DNA of 63,806 bases, the filler included. It is 8 parts of 8 records of this genome, joined end to end, with 100 filler letters (N's around TTAATTAATTAA, not from the genome) between each part and the next. Parts side by side here need not be neighbours in the genome. Positions count along the whole stretch, not along the records: positions 25,131 to 31,686 come from SRR31147125_97619; positions 31,787 to 37,626 come from SRR31147125_97624; positions 37,727 to 42,800 come from SRR31147125_97693; 5 more parts are not named here. One strand, given 5' to 3'. Each line of letters begins with the position of its first letter. Within the stretch, counting starts at the first letter, position 1. The position numbers and the translations under genes are program-made. Positions 30,057 through 41,571 of this stretch are shown here, piece by piece. The notes under the pieces were generated by a model. The model was given only the letters and a program-made list of their open reading frames with translations. It was not told the DNA's origin and did not search any database.

Positions 30057-31668
30057 ATGATGATTAATAAAGGAAATGAAACAATAAAGCTTGAAATTAT
30101 TTTATATGTCCTGGTTTGGGCACTCGTGAACCTTCTATTCCTGGAGCAGTTTCCCTTTTTTCATTCTGATGAGATTTGGCTGGCCGGTTTGACCCGGGAA
30201 ATTCTGTCAGCCGGAAGTATGATGGTAACCGAATCATTTTTCGATCTTCTACCTCGAACGGTCCATGGCCTTCGGATTCTATACCATGGCTTCAATGGCA
30301 TATTTCTGAAAATCACGGGCTTTACTCCCCTCGGTATCCGAACGCTTTCCCTTTTTTCCGGTGCTCTTGTGCTTCTCCTTTTTTTCCGGTACCTGCGTCT
30401 TGCGGGATTTTCATTCCGACGGGCTGCTTTCGGGATGCTCCTTCTTTCCCTTGATATACAGTTTATCTATGCCTCCCATTTCGGCAGACAGGAGATGGTC
30501 CTCCTTGTCTTTGTCCTGTCGGCTTTGAATTGTCTGGCCGGGGGAAGAATATTGACCGCCGGTCTTCTCACCGGGCTGGCGGCAGGGATTCATCCCAACG
30601 CGTTTATCACGGCCTGGCCTGTTTCACTCATCCTCCTCGCGGGGATCCTGCAAAAGGAGAGCCGGGTCCGGGGTGGGTTTACGTTTCTTATCTCCGCCGG
30701 AGGAGCCGCCGGATTTTTTGCAGCCCTGAGTCTTTTCATGAATCCTGATGTCTGGGCTGAGTACAGGGCCTTCGGAGCCTCGGTAGGGGTCCGATCCGGA
30801 TTTGCCGCCCGGTTTTCCGATTTTCTCCCATTTTTTAAAAAGCTGTTTTTTCAGATAAGCGGTACCTACTACACTCCGGACATCAGGCCGCAGTTGATCC
30901 TGTTTCCTGTCTTCTCCGGGACAGCGTTTCTGCTTCTTCTCTGGTGGGGACGGAGGTTATCGGAACCGGTTCAAAAGACAATGAGGTCCGGCTTTTTGGG
31001 GATGATCGGTATCGCCGCAGGAATCCTGATCGTCGGGAAGTACAGTCAACCGTCTGTTCTTTTTTTCTTTCCGTTTTTCTACCTGCTTCTTGTCTCTTTT
31101 ATTGCTTTGGCGGTAGAAGGGATCGTGTCTCTTGCTGAAGACCGGAAATGGACAAGATGGGGCCGGCCGGCGGCCATGATCGCTGGGGCGGTGATTGTTC
31201 TTCTTTTCTTTTTTTTCAGTGGAACTCAGATTGTGAAGGAAACCCGCAGAGAAGGGGCCGAATTTTAAATACAACAGGGCGACCGCGGAGCTCGTGCCTC
31301 CCGGGAGCAGGGTGCTGGCCAATATCAACGCCGGAATTGGTCTGAAAGATTCCCGGTATTACGACTGGCGGAATCTGGCCTTCCTGAACGGGGAAGCCGT
31401 GGCCGACTATATCGTCTCCCGGGGAATTGACTACATTCTCTTTCCCGAAGAGCTGGAATACATTTATAACTCACGGCCGGTGTGGAATATCATGTATGGA
31501 AACCTTTACCCCTGGTATGAACCTCTTAAGGTGTTTCTGAAAGAGTCCTGTGAACCGGTCGGGAGTTTCAGCAGCCCGGGATACGGGATACGGATTACTT
31601 CTCTGAGATATTCAAAGGAGTGGGATGTGACGGTCTACAGGATCCTTTCGCCTTCCATAAGCGAGTAA
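30057..31668 (+). CDS. GT-C (ArnT/PMT-like) membrane glycosyltransferase; frameshift near 31265
   Basis: HSDE loop motif, many TM segments, ASHFGRQE, GIHPNA. Removing one T in TTTTAAAT joins it to ORF 31294-31668. Confidence 0.7.
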
Positions 31669-31786
31669 AGCCGGGCCTTGTACGCTNNNNNNNNNNNNNN
31701 NNNNNNNNNNNNNNNNNNNNNNNNNNNNNNTTAATTAATTAANNNNNNNNNNNNNNNNNNNNNNNNNNNNNNNNNNNNNNNNNNNN

Positions 31787-32132
31787 CTCCATGAAGATCC
31801 ATGAAAATCCCCTGGCTCCGATAATCTTGCTGGATCCCGACAATCTGTGGGAGTATGCCCGAAAGCAGACCATCGAAGTGGCCCGCAGAAGCTACGGTCC
31901 GAGCTTTATCCCTCAGCTGCTGAAACCCTGCCCCAGTGCGTGTGCGGCAGTGAATGAACTGAGCGACTTTTTATCCCATCCTTTGGATTGGTATAAAAAG
32001 AACGAGATTCCCGATGAAATCGTGGCCGTCACCCAAGTCAAATCCAAGCGAATTCGTATGGAAACCTTTGGACAAAAGCATGTCGAACTGTTCGACACTC
32101 CCAATCTTCGTCTCATTGCAGGGGAGCAATAA
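31787..32132 (+). CDS. C-terminal fragment of an unknown protein (possibly LOG-family-like)
   Basis: Open from the contig edge; PIILL...W motif only. Confidence 0.35.
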
Positions 32133-32150
32133 CGAAAAGGAGCGACTCCG

Positions 32151-34246
32151 ATGATGACCCCCTATACCGTACCGGAAGGACTCTCTGAGAGCGGCTGTCA
32201 AGAAAAGAAACAAACGTCTCGGATTGAGAAAAAAGATCAATTTGTCGATCTGCTGGACTTGATCGGGATTGAACGTCTTCAGAAGATGCAACAGTGTTTT
32301 TACGATGTCACCGGCTTTACAAACGGGTGCCTGGATGTGGAAGGCAATCTTCTGTCTAGTGCGGGAATGCCAGAGACGGTCTGTATGGAGATGATTCGGA
32401 AGAGTTCCGTCGGTTTGGAGCGGTGCAGGAAATTGGTGAAGGAGTGTCTCGATCGGTCGAACCTGAAAGAGTCAACTGTTGTCAACTGTCATGCCGGTAT
32501 GTTGGATGGCAGGATTCCAATAAAAGTTGACGGCAAGATTTTGGGAGTTTTGGTCATCGGACAACTGTTCGAAGTCCCGCCTGAAAAAGAACAAACGCTG
32601 GCCTACGGCAAAGAGATGGGCTTGGACCCCGAAGCGTATTGGCAAGGGATTCAAAAGGTGAAAATCGTTCCCCGTAAAAAGGTGGAAACCGCAGCCATGT
32701 TGCTGGAGTTCATGGGGGCCGAGATTGCTGAGATGGCTTCTGCCAACCTGAGACTCAGGCAGGAAATTTTTGCCCGGGAAAAAGCCGAAGCCGAGCTGAA
32801 GCGCCTTAATAAAGCGTTGATGGAGATGAATTGTGCGCTTGAGCAGGAACGAAATATATTTATCGCCGGAAATGTGGTGATCTTCAAGCGGCGGAATGAA
32901 TCGGGATGGCCGGTGGAGTATGTCTCTCCTAATGTAACTCAGGTATTGGGGTATGAGGAAAATGAATTTTTGTCCGGTAGCGTTTTATATGCCGATCTCA
33001 TCTTGCCTCAGCATTTGGATAGTGTGGCGGAAGAGGTGCACTTTCATACGGAGAAAGGGAGCTCTCATTTTTCCCATGACCCATACTGTATTATCGGAAA
33101 AGAGGGAAACCATATATGGCTGGATGATTTCACCACCATTATTCGAAACGATCAAGGGGCAGTGACCCATTATCAGGGATATGTAGTCAATATTTCAAAA
33201 CGAATGGCAGCAGAAAAAGAGGCGCGAAGTCATCTGCAGTTCACCAAAACCCTGCTAGAAACCATTCCATCGCCTGTTTTTTATAAGGATCGGGCCGGGC
33301 GCTACATCGGCTGTAACAAAGCATTTGAAGACTTTACAAGGAAAAAACGTAGTGAGATGATTGGGCGTACTGTTTGTGAAATGGCTGCCGACAATATTGC
33401 CTTTCAGTATGAAATGAAAAATTTAGAACTATTTGAGGGATCCGTTCATCAAATATATGAGTGGAAAGTTCCAAATGTCGAAGGGGATCTGAAAACCGTT
33501 ATTCTCAACAAAGCCACATTTTATGATGAAGAGGGAAATATCGGCGGATTGATCGGTATCATTACTGATATTTCAGAGCAAGCGCAAAGGGAAAAGGCAC
33601 TGAGAGAGAGTGAAGAGCGGTTTCGACTTCTTTTCGAGCAGGCCAGAGATGCCATATTTTTGACAACTATGGAGGGCTGCTTTGTCATGGTGAACCAACA
33701 GGCTTGCAACAATTTGGGGTACAGCCGAGATGAGTTACTGGGGATGGCGACTCACGAGGTTGAAATTGGACGTCCGGAGGAGACATTACGATCTCTCTAT
33801 ATGGAAATCCGGCAAGGCAGAACACAAAGAGAGTGGGGCGTTCACCGGCGAAAGGACGGAACAACCTATCCGGTGGAAGTTACGCTGTGCAGTTATACCC
33901 AGCAAGATCAACGCTTTTTTTGGCTGTTGCCAGGGATATGAGTGAACAAAAGCGAGCTGAAGAAGAGCGAGAGGCTCTAATCGAAGAGTTGCAAACTGCA
34001 CTTTCTGAAATAAAACAACTGTCCGGGCTTCTTCCCATCTGTTCGTCATGTAAAAAAATACGGGATGACAAAGGATACTGGAATCTATTGGAAGCATACA
34101 TTCAAGATCGGGCGGACGTGCGATTCAGCCATGGGATTTGTCCCTCATGTATTAAAGCAATGTATGGGGATGAAGAGTGGTTTGATGCAAATGACTATAT
34201 CGATCATCCGGGCGTTTTGTCCGATGAGGATGAAAATGATGAATAA
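32151..34246 (+). CDS. PocR ligand-binding + three PAS domains + C-terminal CxxC/HxxCxxC domain; frameshift at T-run 33915-33921
   Basis: PocR motifs (C...RC...CHAG...PI...GQ); PAS repeats; ends LLPICSSCKKIRDDKGYW...FSHGICPSC after adding one T. Confidence 0.8.
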
Positions 34247-34346
34247 CGGCCATACACCCCTCCATGATTGCTGACGTATCACAACTGAGTATGAAATCTC
34301 TTATATGTCAGTGTGTTACGGAATTTTTTCAATAAAAGTCAATTGA

Positions 34347-37300
34347 ATGAAGGATCAACAAGAAATGAAGCAGAGTGAAACCGTCCATCTCATTGCTTGT
34401 GGGGTGCTGGCACGGGACATGAAACAGCTGGCCAAAGGGTTGGGTGTCGACCTTAAAATGAACTTTTTGCCCGGCGGTTTGCACAACCGTCCGGATGAAC
34501 TGAGGGCCAGACTCCAGCATGCCGTGGAAGCGGCTGCAAAAGACGAAAGCTGTCAACGCATTGTGGTGGGATACGGAATTTGCGGCCGGGGGGCTGTGGG
34601 GGTCAAGGCGCCCCATGTACCGCTTGTCTTTCCAAGAGTTCATGATTGTATCGCACTCTTCATGGGAAGCGATAGGGTTTACAAGCAGGAATTCGATCGC
34701 TATCCCGGCACGTTTTATCTCTCCGCCGGTTGGTACAGTGAGAAGGACAGACCCCGGAAAGAGGATAAAGATCGGAAAATCTGGGTCGGCTCCCAGTCCT
34801 TAGGATGCCGGGAGTTGAAGGAAAAATATGGGGAAGAGGGTGGAAATCAGATCATCGATTTTTTCAGCTCCTGGCACCATCATTATCAGCGGGCCGCCTA
34901 TATCGACACCGGCGTGGAAAAAGAGAGCAATCGGAAATACGAAACCCAGGCCAAAGCCATGGCGGATGAACATAACTGGAAATACGAGCGGATCGATGGA
35001 AGTCCGGCCCTGATGCGAGCGCTTCTGACCCGGACGGAATCCAGTGACGACATTCTGGTGGTACCGCCGGGACACTGCACCATCTACTCTCCCTTTAAAG
35101 GGGGACTCGATTCCGCTCCCCATATCGATAGCGGAATACCGGAGGGTTCCGGCACCCGTCATCTCATGTTCGACGAGGAAGAGGATACCGGCCTCTCCAT
35201 TCGATATGGTCTCGGTATCGATGCCGGAGGCACCTATACCGATGCGGTGGTGTACGATTTCGATACCAAAAAAATTCTTACCAAAAACAAGGCCCTTACC
35301 ACCAAATGGGATTTTTCCATCGGTATCGACAATGCCCTTGCAGGCCTTGACCAATCTTTGTTGACGGATTTGGAGCTGGTATCGGTCTCCACCACGCTTG
35401 CCACCAACGCCATTGTGGAGGGGGAGGGGCAAAAAACCGCTCTCATTCTCATGAACAGCAAGGGGATGGTCTCCGACAAACTCATTGCCCATACGCCCAA
35501 AACCAATATCAAAGGATATATCAACATCAGCGGTCAGGAAATCGAGCCGGTGGATGAAGATGAAGTGAGACGGGTGGTGCGTCGGATGAGTGAAAAAGAC
35601 GACGTCACCGCCTTTGCCGTTTCCGGGTTTGCCGGGAGTATCAATCCTGCCCATGAATTGCTGGTCAAGCGAATTATCGAAGAAGAGACCGGCATGGTGG
35701 CCTGCTGCGGCCATGAGCTCTCCGATCTTCTCAATTTTATGGTACGCGCCCAGACCGCCGTTCTCAATGCCCGGATCATCCCGCGGATGATCAAGTTCTT
35801 CCGGGAGATGGGACAGATTTTGGAGAAGCGTCACATTGATGCGCCGGTGATGGTGGTCAAGGGGGACGGCACCCTCATGTCCGACCTCATGGCCCGGGAA
35901 CGTCCGGTGGAGACCAGCCTCTCCGGACCGGCCGCCAGTGTGGCAGGGGCCAAGTTGCTCACGGGCCTTAAGGATGCCATGGTGGTGGATGTGGGCGGCA
36001 CCACCACCGATACCGCTGACATCTGCGATGATCTGGTGGAGGTGTGTGAAAGCGGCGCCCATGTCGGTGGCTTTGTCACCCACGTAAAAGCCTTGGACAT
36101 GCGCACGTCCGGCCTTGGTGGAGACAGCCTGATTCGATGGAACAAAGGGGAATTTACCATCGGTCCGAGACGGGTCGGTCCCTTGGTGTGGGCGGAACAT
36201 GTCTCCACGACATCTGCCTTGCCATTGGCATCAACTTCGACCCAGGAGGCGTCAGCATCAGTTTCATCTACAACGTCCAATTCCACTTTTGCCCCTAAAG
36301 CAAACCTCAACGGCAGCAACGGGGTTGACCATGCTCTTCTATACATGGAGCAGCGGCCGCTACTCCACTTGGATCAGGTACTGTTCGTAGCCATGGCAGG
36401 GGACTTCCCGTTTAAAGCGACCGATCAGGAAAAACGGATCTATGAACTCTTGAGAGAGCGTCCCCATGCACCGGAGGAGCTTGCCGCCCGACTCAATGTG
36501 CTCTCCACCCTGTTTCTGCCCATGTCACGTATGGAAGAGAGCGGGCTGGTACAGCGGTGCGGACTCACGCCTACGGATCTGCTCCATGTTCGGGGGGATT
36601 TTGCCAAATGGGATGCCGAACCTGCCCGGCGAATGCTGGCAATGCTCTCCGTCTTTACCAAAAAAAGCGTCTCCCGACTGATTGATGAGCTGCTTGGAAA
36701 GATCCATCGTCAGTTGGCCCTGGAGCTTTTGAAAAAGCAGCTCTTCAAGGATTTCTCGGAAGATGAGATGACGGAATCTCCCGTGGCTCAGCAGCTGATC
36801 GAAAACATTCTGGATCCGGAAACGTTTGATAATGGAAAGTCAAAGAGCCAAAAGGGTCAGGCAAGAAATGGTAAACGCCCACCGCGCAGATATCGTCTTA
36901 AAGCGGAATTTGCCCATCCGGTTATCGGTATCGGTGCGCCGGTGGACTATTTTCTACCCCAGGCAGGAAAGCTGTTGAACGCCGAAGTGGTGATTCCCCA
37001 GGATGCGGATGTGGCCAATGCCGTGGGGGCCGTTACCAGTCATATTGTGGTGAAGCAAAAAGCGGTGATTCGTCCCAACAGCGTTGGAAGTTTTGTTGTG
37101 GAGGGCGTGGTGGGAAATCCGAGTTTCAAAGATATCATTGCTGCGGAAGCGTGGACCATCGCACACCTCAAGAAGAGCGTTCGAGAACGGGCTGTTAAAT
37201 CGGGAACCAGTCGTAAGACGGTGGCGATGGCCATTGACGATCGGGTGGTGGATACCGGAAACGGTCTTTCCCTGTTCCTGGATCGAACCATCAAAGCGAC

Positions 37301-37385
37301 TTTGGTCGGCAGTCCCGATCTGGTTCTGGAAAGTGCCTCAGCATCCGCGTCCAATGCCTTGAATGAGGCGGATGTCCAAGTTTAG
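34347..37385 (+). CDS. DUF1638 domain fused to hydantoinase A/oxoprolinase (ASKHA) domain
   Basis: LIACGVL, GLHNRP, GYGICG, HDCIALFMGS (DUF1638); GIDAGGTYTD, STTLATNA, SGPAAS, DVGGTTTD, GLGGDS (hydantoinase A). Confidence 0.85.
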   Translation: MKDQQEMKQSETVHLIACGVLARDMKQLAKGLGVDLKMNFLPGGLHNRPDELRARLQHAVEAAAKDESCQRIVVGYGICGRGAVGVKAPHVPLVFPRVHDCIALFMGSDRVYKQEFDRYPGTFYLSAGWYSEKDRPRKEDKDRKIWVGSQSLGCRELKEKYGEEGGNQIIDFFSSWHHHYQRAAYIDTGVEKESNRKYETQAKAMADEHNWKYERIDGSPALMRALLTRTESSDDILVVPPGHCTIYSPFKGGLDSAPHIDSGIPEGSGTRHLMFDEEEDTGLSIRYGLGIDAGGTYTDAVVYDFDTKKILTKNKALTTKWDFSIGIDNALAGLDQSLLTDLELVSVSTTLATNAIVEGEGQKTALILMNSKGMVSDKLIAHTPKTNIKGYINISGQEIEPVDEDEVRRVVRRMSEKDDVTAFAVSGFAGSINPAHELLVKRIIEEETGMVACCGHELSDLLNFMVRAQTAVLNARIIPRMIKFFREMGQILEKRHIDAPVMVVKGDGTLMSDLMARERPVETSLSGPAASVAGAKLLTGLKDAMVVDVGGTTTDTADICDDLVEVCESGAHVGGFVTHVKALDMRTSGLGGDSLIRWNKGEFTIGPRRVGPLVWAEHVSTTSALPLASTSTQEASASVSSTTSNSTFAPKANLNGSNGVDHALLYMEQRPLLHLDQVLFVAMAGDFPFKATDQEKRIYELLRERPHAPEELAARLNVLSTLFLPMSRMEESGLVQRCGLTPTDLLHVRGDFAKWDAEPARRMLAMLSVFTKKSVSRLIDELLGKIHRQLALELLKKQLFKDFSEDEMTESPVAQQLIENILDPETFDNGKSKSQKGQARNGKRPPRRYRLKAEFAHPVIGIGAPVDYFLPQAGKLLNAEVVIPQDADVANAVGAVTSHIVVKQKAVIRPNSVGSFVVEGVVGNPSFKDIIAAEAWTIAHLKKSVRERAVKSGTSRKTVAMAIDDRVVDTGNGLSLFLDRTIKATLVGSPDLVLESASASASNALNEADVQV

Positions 37386-37430
37386 ATGAATTGGCGCTGT
37401 TTTTCTCCATCGCCATTGATTATTGATGTC

Positions 37431-37459
37431 GGGGCAAGCCTTTCGGGTTGCCCCTTTTT
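37431..37459 (+). terminator. Rho-independent terminator
   Basis: GGGGCAAGCC-TTTC-GGGTTGCCCC followed by TTTTT, 45 nt after the stop. Confidence 0.8.
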
Positions 37460-37726
37460 AGTTGTCATACCGCCCCATGATTGATTGAATTTTTTGTGAT
37501 TTTTTATTTGATTAAATTTTTGATTTAATTTATAGTGCAAAAAATGATGCAAAACAAAGCATAAGTACATGAGCAAATTAAGTTCGATGGGTTTCTTTAA
37601 GAATTCTATCGAATTAATTATGGTTGNNNNNNNNNNNNNNNNNNNNNNNNNNNNNNNNNNNNNNNNNNNNTTAATTAATTAANNNNNNNNNNNNNNNNNN
37701 NNNNNNNNNNNNNNNNNNNNNNNNNN

Positions 37727-37937
37727 CCATCCCATGGGCCCCCTGGCCCTGGCCGACCTGATCGGTCTGGACACCTGCCTGGCGATTCTCGAGACGCTGC
37801 ACAGCGGCCTGGGCGACCCGAAGTACCGCCCCTGCCCGCTGTTACGACAATATGTCGAGTCCGGCCTTCTCGGAAGAAAAACCGGGAAAGGGTTCTACAC
37901 TTATAATGAGCAGTTGAAGGAGAATAGTCGTGCTTGA
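37727..37937 (+). CDS. hbd: 3-hydroxybutyryl-CoA dehydrogenase, C-terminal end (5'-truncated)
   Basis: [18 protein letters not shown]...YRPCPLL...GRKTGKGFY. Confidence 0.9.
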
Positions 37938-38724
37938 GATTAAGGATGCAGTTGCGGTAATCACCGGGGGAAGCGGCGGAATCGGCAAAGCCATGGCACA
38001 GATGTGGCTGCGGGCCGGAGGAAAGGTTGTCATTGCGGACATCTTTGAAGACCCTCTGGACAAGGTGAAATCCGAGCTGCTGGAGATCAGCGAGCATGTC
38101 GATATCGCGGTCTGCGATGTAACAAAGGAGAAGGACAACACCGAACTTGCCGAATTTGCAATAGAGCGCTTTGGCGCAATCAACCTGGTTGCCCCATTTG
38201 CCGGGATTACGGCCGACGGACTGATGATCAACCTCGATCGTGAGACCGGCAAGGTAAGCCGGAAGATGTCCCTGGAGGATTTCCAGAAGGTCATCGACAT
38301 CAACCTGACCGGGGTCTTTCTGACCGTGCGCGAGTGCGTAGAGCAGATGGTTAATCACGACTGCCGCGGGCTCGTCTGCCTCGTCTCGTCAACCGGTTCA
38401 CTGGGAACGGCGGGACAGCTGAACTACTCGTCATCAAAAGCCGCCATGTCCGTATTTCCCAAGGTGCTCACGGCGGAGTTTTTCCGCCGGAAGATTGCCG
38501 ATCGGATCCGCTGCATGGCAATCGCCCCGGGATACGTCGCGACACCGATGGTTAAAAATATGGACGAAAGAGTCATCGCCAAGATCGTAGAACAGGTCCC
38601 GGTAGGTAGACTCGTGGAACCGGAAGAAGTCGTATCGATGGTCACGGAACTGTATCGCAACGAGGCAATGGCCGGGGAAACCGTGTTTATTCACGGCGGA
38701 CTGAGGCTCGGATCGAAAGGGTGA
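37930..38724 (+). CDS. Short-chain dehydrogenase/reductase (FabG-like)
   Basis: [17 protein letters not shown] catalytic motif. Confidence 0.9.
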   Translation: MLEIKDAVAVITGGSGGIGKAMAQMWLRAGGKVVIADIFEDPLDKVKSELLEISEHVDIAVCDVTKEKDNTELAEFAIERFGAINLVAPFAGITADGLMINLDRETGKVSRKMSLEDFQKVIDINLTGVFLTVRECVEQMVNHDCRGLVCLVSSTGSLGTAGQLNYSSSKAAMSVFPKVLTAEFFRRKIADRIRCMAIAPGYVATPMVKNMDERVIAKIVEQVPVGRLVEPEEVVSMVTELYRNEAMAGETVFIHGGLRLGSKG

Positions 38725-38745
38725 TACAACAATAAGCTCAGGGCT

Positions 38746-39663
38746 TCAGGGTACCTGCGCCCCCGTAGTCGCAACATAGACCGCATAGAGCGATTTTGTA
38801 GCGGTAATGAACAGGCGGTTGCGTCGCGGACCTCCAAATGTCAGGTTGGATACCATCTGGGGGATCTTGATCTTGCCGAGCGCCTGACCGTCGCGGTCGA
38901 AGCAGAGCACCCCGTCCTGACAACTCGTCCAGACATTGCCGTGGATGTCGACACGAAACCCATCCGGGACTCCCGGCGCCACCTCACAGAACACCCGCGA
39001 ATTGGACAACGTATTCGTTGCGGAAACATCCAGAGCGCGAATGTGATGCGGGCCGTCCGGGTCGTGGGTGAGGCCGCTGTCGGCAACATAGAGAATCCCC
39101 TCATCCTCTGAGAAGGCGAGGCCGTTCGGCTTGACGAAGTCATCGGCGACGATCTCGAGCGATCCCGATTCGGGATCAAGGCGGAACACGTTGCAGCCGT
39201 CCTGCTCCATATCCGACTTAAAGCCCTCGTAGTCGGACATGATTCCGTAGTTGGGGTCGGTAAACCAGACGGTGCCGTCCGACTTCACAACGACATCGTT
39301 TGGTGAGTTGAGCTTTCTGCCCTGGTAGCGATCAGCCAGGATCGTTATCGACCCGTCTGCCTCGGTCCGGTTGACGCACCGCCCCCCGTGCACACAGCTG
39401 ACCAGCCTGCCCTGCCGGTCCCTGGTGTTACCGTTGGTAAAATTGGTCTCCGTCCTGTAAACCGAGACGCCATGCCCTTCTATCCAGCGCAGCAGCCTGC
39501 GGTTTGGGATATCGCTCCAGACCAGCACGGAATGATCGTTGAACCAGACCGGCCCTTCCGCCCACCGGCATTCGTCAAACAACTCCTCAACCTCGGCAAT
39601 GGGAACGGTCAAATCATAGAACCGATTGTCATAATATTCGTATGAATCTCCAACGAGTGCCAT
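38746..39663 (-). CDS. SMP-30/gluconolactonase family lactonase
   Basis: WAEGPVW, NSPND, PNGLAFS, PDGFRVD. Confidence 0.92.
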   Translation of the reverse strand: MALVGDSYEYYDNRFYDLTVPIAEVEELFDECRWAEGPVWFNDHSVLVWSDIPNRRLLRWIEGHGVSVYRTETNFTNGNTRDRQGRLVSCVHGGRCVNRTEADGSITILADRYQGRKLNSPNDVVVKSDGTVWFTDPNYGIMSDYEGFKSDMEQDGCNVFRLDPESGSLEIVADDFVKPNGLAFSEDEGILYVADSGLTHDPDGPHHIRALDVSATNTLSNSRVFCEVAPGVPDGFRVDIHGNVWTSCQDGVLCFDRDGQALGKIKIPQMVSNLTFGGPRRNRLFITATKSLYAVYVATTGAQVP

Positions 39664-39672
39664 GACATGCTC

Positions 39673-40631
39673 CTAGTGTTGAGGTTTTTGCCGCCTGCGG
39701 TGGTGATGACGGCAATGATGATCAGGCCGGTCAGAATCAGGCGCAGCCCCGCCGTAACCCCGAGGGTGTTGAGCATCGTAACGAGGAGAAACAGGAACAG
39801 CGCCGCCCCCCAGATGCCAGGCACGTTGGAATCGCCACCGGCAATTGACGTGCCGCCAATCACGACAACCGCGATCGAGGCCAGGAGGTACTCTTCACCC
39901 ATATTCAGGGATGCGCCGCCGGAAAATCCCGCCAGCAGGAAACCGCAGGTGCTGGCCAGCAGCGCGCTGATCACGTAGGTCGCGAATCGGATCCGCTCGA
40001 CCCGTATACCGGCCAGCCATGCCGCCCGCATGTTCTGGCCAATCGCGAGGATCGACCTGCCGTACAGGGTCCGGTGCAGGATGATTGAAAACACAAATGC
40101 CATCACAACGACAAACATCGCAAGCACCGGAACGCCGAAGAGTTGCATCGTCGTAAACTCGGCAAGCAGCGGCGGCGGCTTGATTTTCAGCCCCCTGCCG
40201 TAGGCTATCGCGGTGGACAGGATAAGAAAACTCGACGATAACGTGGCGATAATGGGCGGAATGCGCAGGAGTCGGATCAGTGAATAATTGAACGTTCCGA
40301 CCGCCAGGCCGCAGCAGACAACGACAAGCGCCCCAACCAGCAGCATCTCGTTTGAGCCGTCCATGATCTTCATCGTGACCGCACCGGCCAGCGCGATATT
40401 GGCCGGAATCGACAGGTCGATGTTTCCGGGCCCGGTGGTGATGACAAGCATCTGGCCGATGCCGACGATGACGGTGAACGTCGCGAACGACAGGGCCGCT
40501 GTCACGATATCCCCGGCCCCCTGCCCCTTCGTGAACGATACGGTAACAAGCCACACGATGAGCGTACCGAGATACGCCCAGATCCAGGGCTTTTTCAGTA
40601 CATGTGAAAGTACCTGTGAGGACGCGTTCAT
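39673..40631 (-). CDS. Sugar ABC transporter permease (RbsC-like)
   Basis: GNIDLS, IPPIIATL, SIAVVVIGGTSIAGG. One more A in the run at 39685-39689 gives TAG at 39673, just before the lactonase RBS; as sequenced it reads to 39609. Confidence 0.88.
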
Positions 40632-40633
40632 GG

Positions 40634-41569
40634 TCAGGCCTCTTTTCTGTTGATCAACGCGCGCAGTGCCAGAACGACGATGAGAATACCACCCTGCGCC
40701 CCGATCTGCCAGTCCGGCGAAATCTTCATAAAAATCAGGAACGACCCGGTCAGGGTCAGGGTCAGCGCACCCAGCACGGCACCGATCGCAGACACACGCC
40801 CGCCGACGAACTCACCGCCGCCAAGGATGACCCCGGCGATGGAGTAGAGCGTGTAGCGATCAGCGATATGCGCGTCTGCCGCAGACGTCAGGCCGATCAG
40901 CGACAGCCCGGACAAGACGCCGAAAAATCCGGCCGTTCCGAACATCATCATCTTCGATTTCAACAGCGACCAACCGGCCCGCTCGACCGCTCTGGGATTG
41001 CCGCCGGTGCCCCTCAGCACCGCCCCGTAGCTGCTGTGCATCAGGCCCTGGTGCACGATCAGTGCGATGGCCGTGGCCAGGATGATCGGCAGCGGTATAT
41101 ACGGGAACGAAAACCCCATGAACGCCTTGACCCAGACGGGGGCCTTGCCGCCGGGGGTCGGCAGGATGATGACCGCGATGCCGAGCCAGACGAAGGACAT
41201 TCCCAGCGTTACTACGATCGACGGCAGGTTACGCCAGTAAATCAGAGCTCCCAGCCCGGCATAGGCGGCGATACAGCCGGCGAGCGCCAGCACGCCCAGG
41301 ATCGGACTGGTCGCGAGCAGCGTTGCACCGATACAGGCTGTCAGCCCGACAAACGGCCCGATCGACAAGTCGAGGTCGTTGACCATGATGATATGCATCT
41401 GGGCAATAGTGGCGAGCGCGATCGGGACTGCATACTGCAGCATCAGGTTGAGCCCGAAATAACTCATCGTGCGCGGCTGCAGATAGAAAATCGCAGCAAG
41501 CAGTACCAGAAACGAGGCTGCCGGCAGTGCGCTGCGTAAAAACTTCGGTGAGCTCAGATACCCCCACAT
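40634..41569 (-). CDS. Sugar ABC transporter permease
   Basis: DLDLSIG, LPSIVVTL, SIAGVILGG. Confidence 0.9.
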   Translation of the reverse strand: MWGYLSSPKFLRSALPAASFLVLLAAIFYLQPRTMSYFGLNLMLQYAVPIALATIAQMHIIMVNDLDLSIGPFVGLTACIGATLLATSPILGVLALAGCIAAYAGLGALIYWRNLPSIVVTLGMSFVWLGIAVIILPTPGGKAPVWVKAFMGFSFPYIPLPIILATAIALIVHQGLMHSSYGAVLRGTGGNPRAVERAGWSLLKSKMMMFGTAGFFGVLSGLSLIGLTSAADAHIADRYTLYSIAGVILGGGEFVGGRVSAIGAVLGALTLTLTGSFLIFMKISPDWQIGAQGGILIVVLALRALINRKEA

Positions 41570-41571
41570 GG

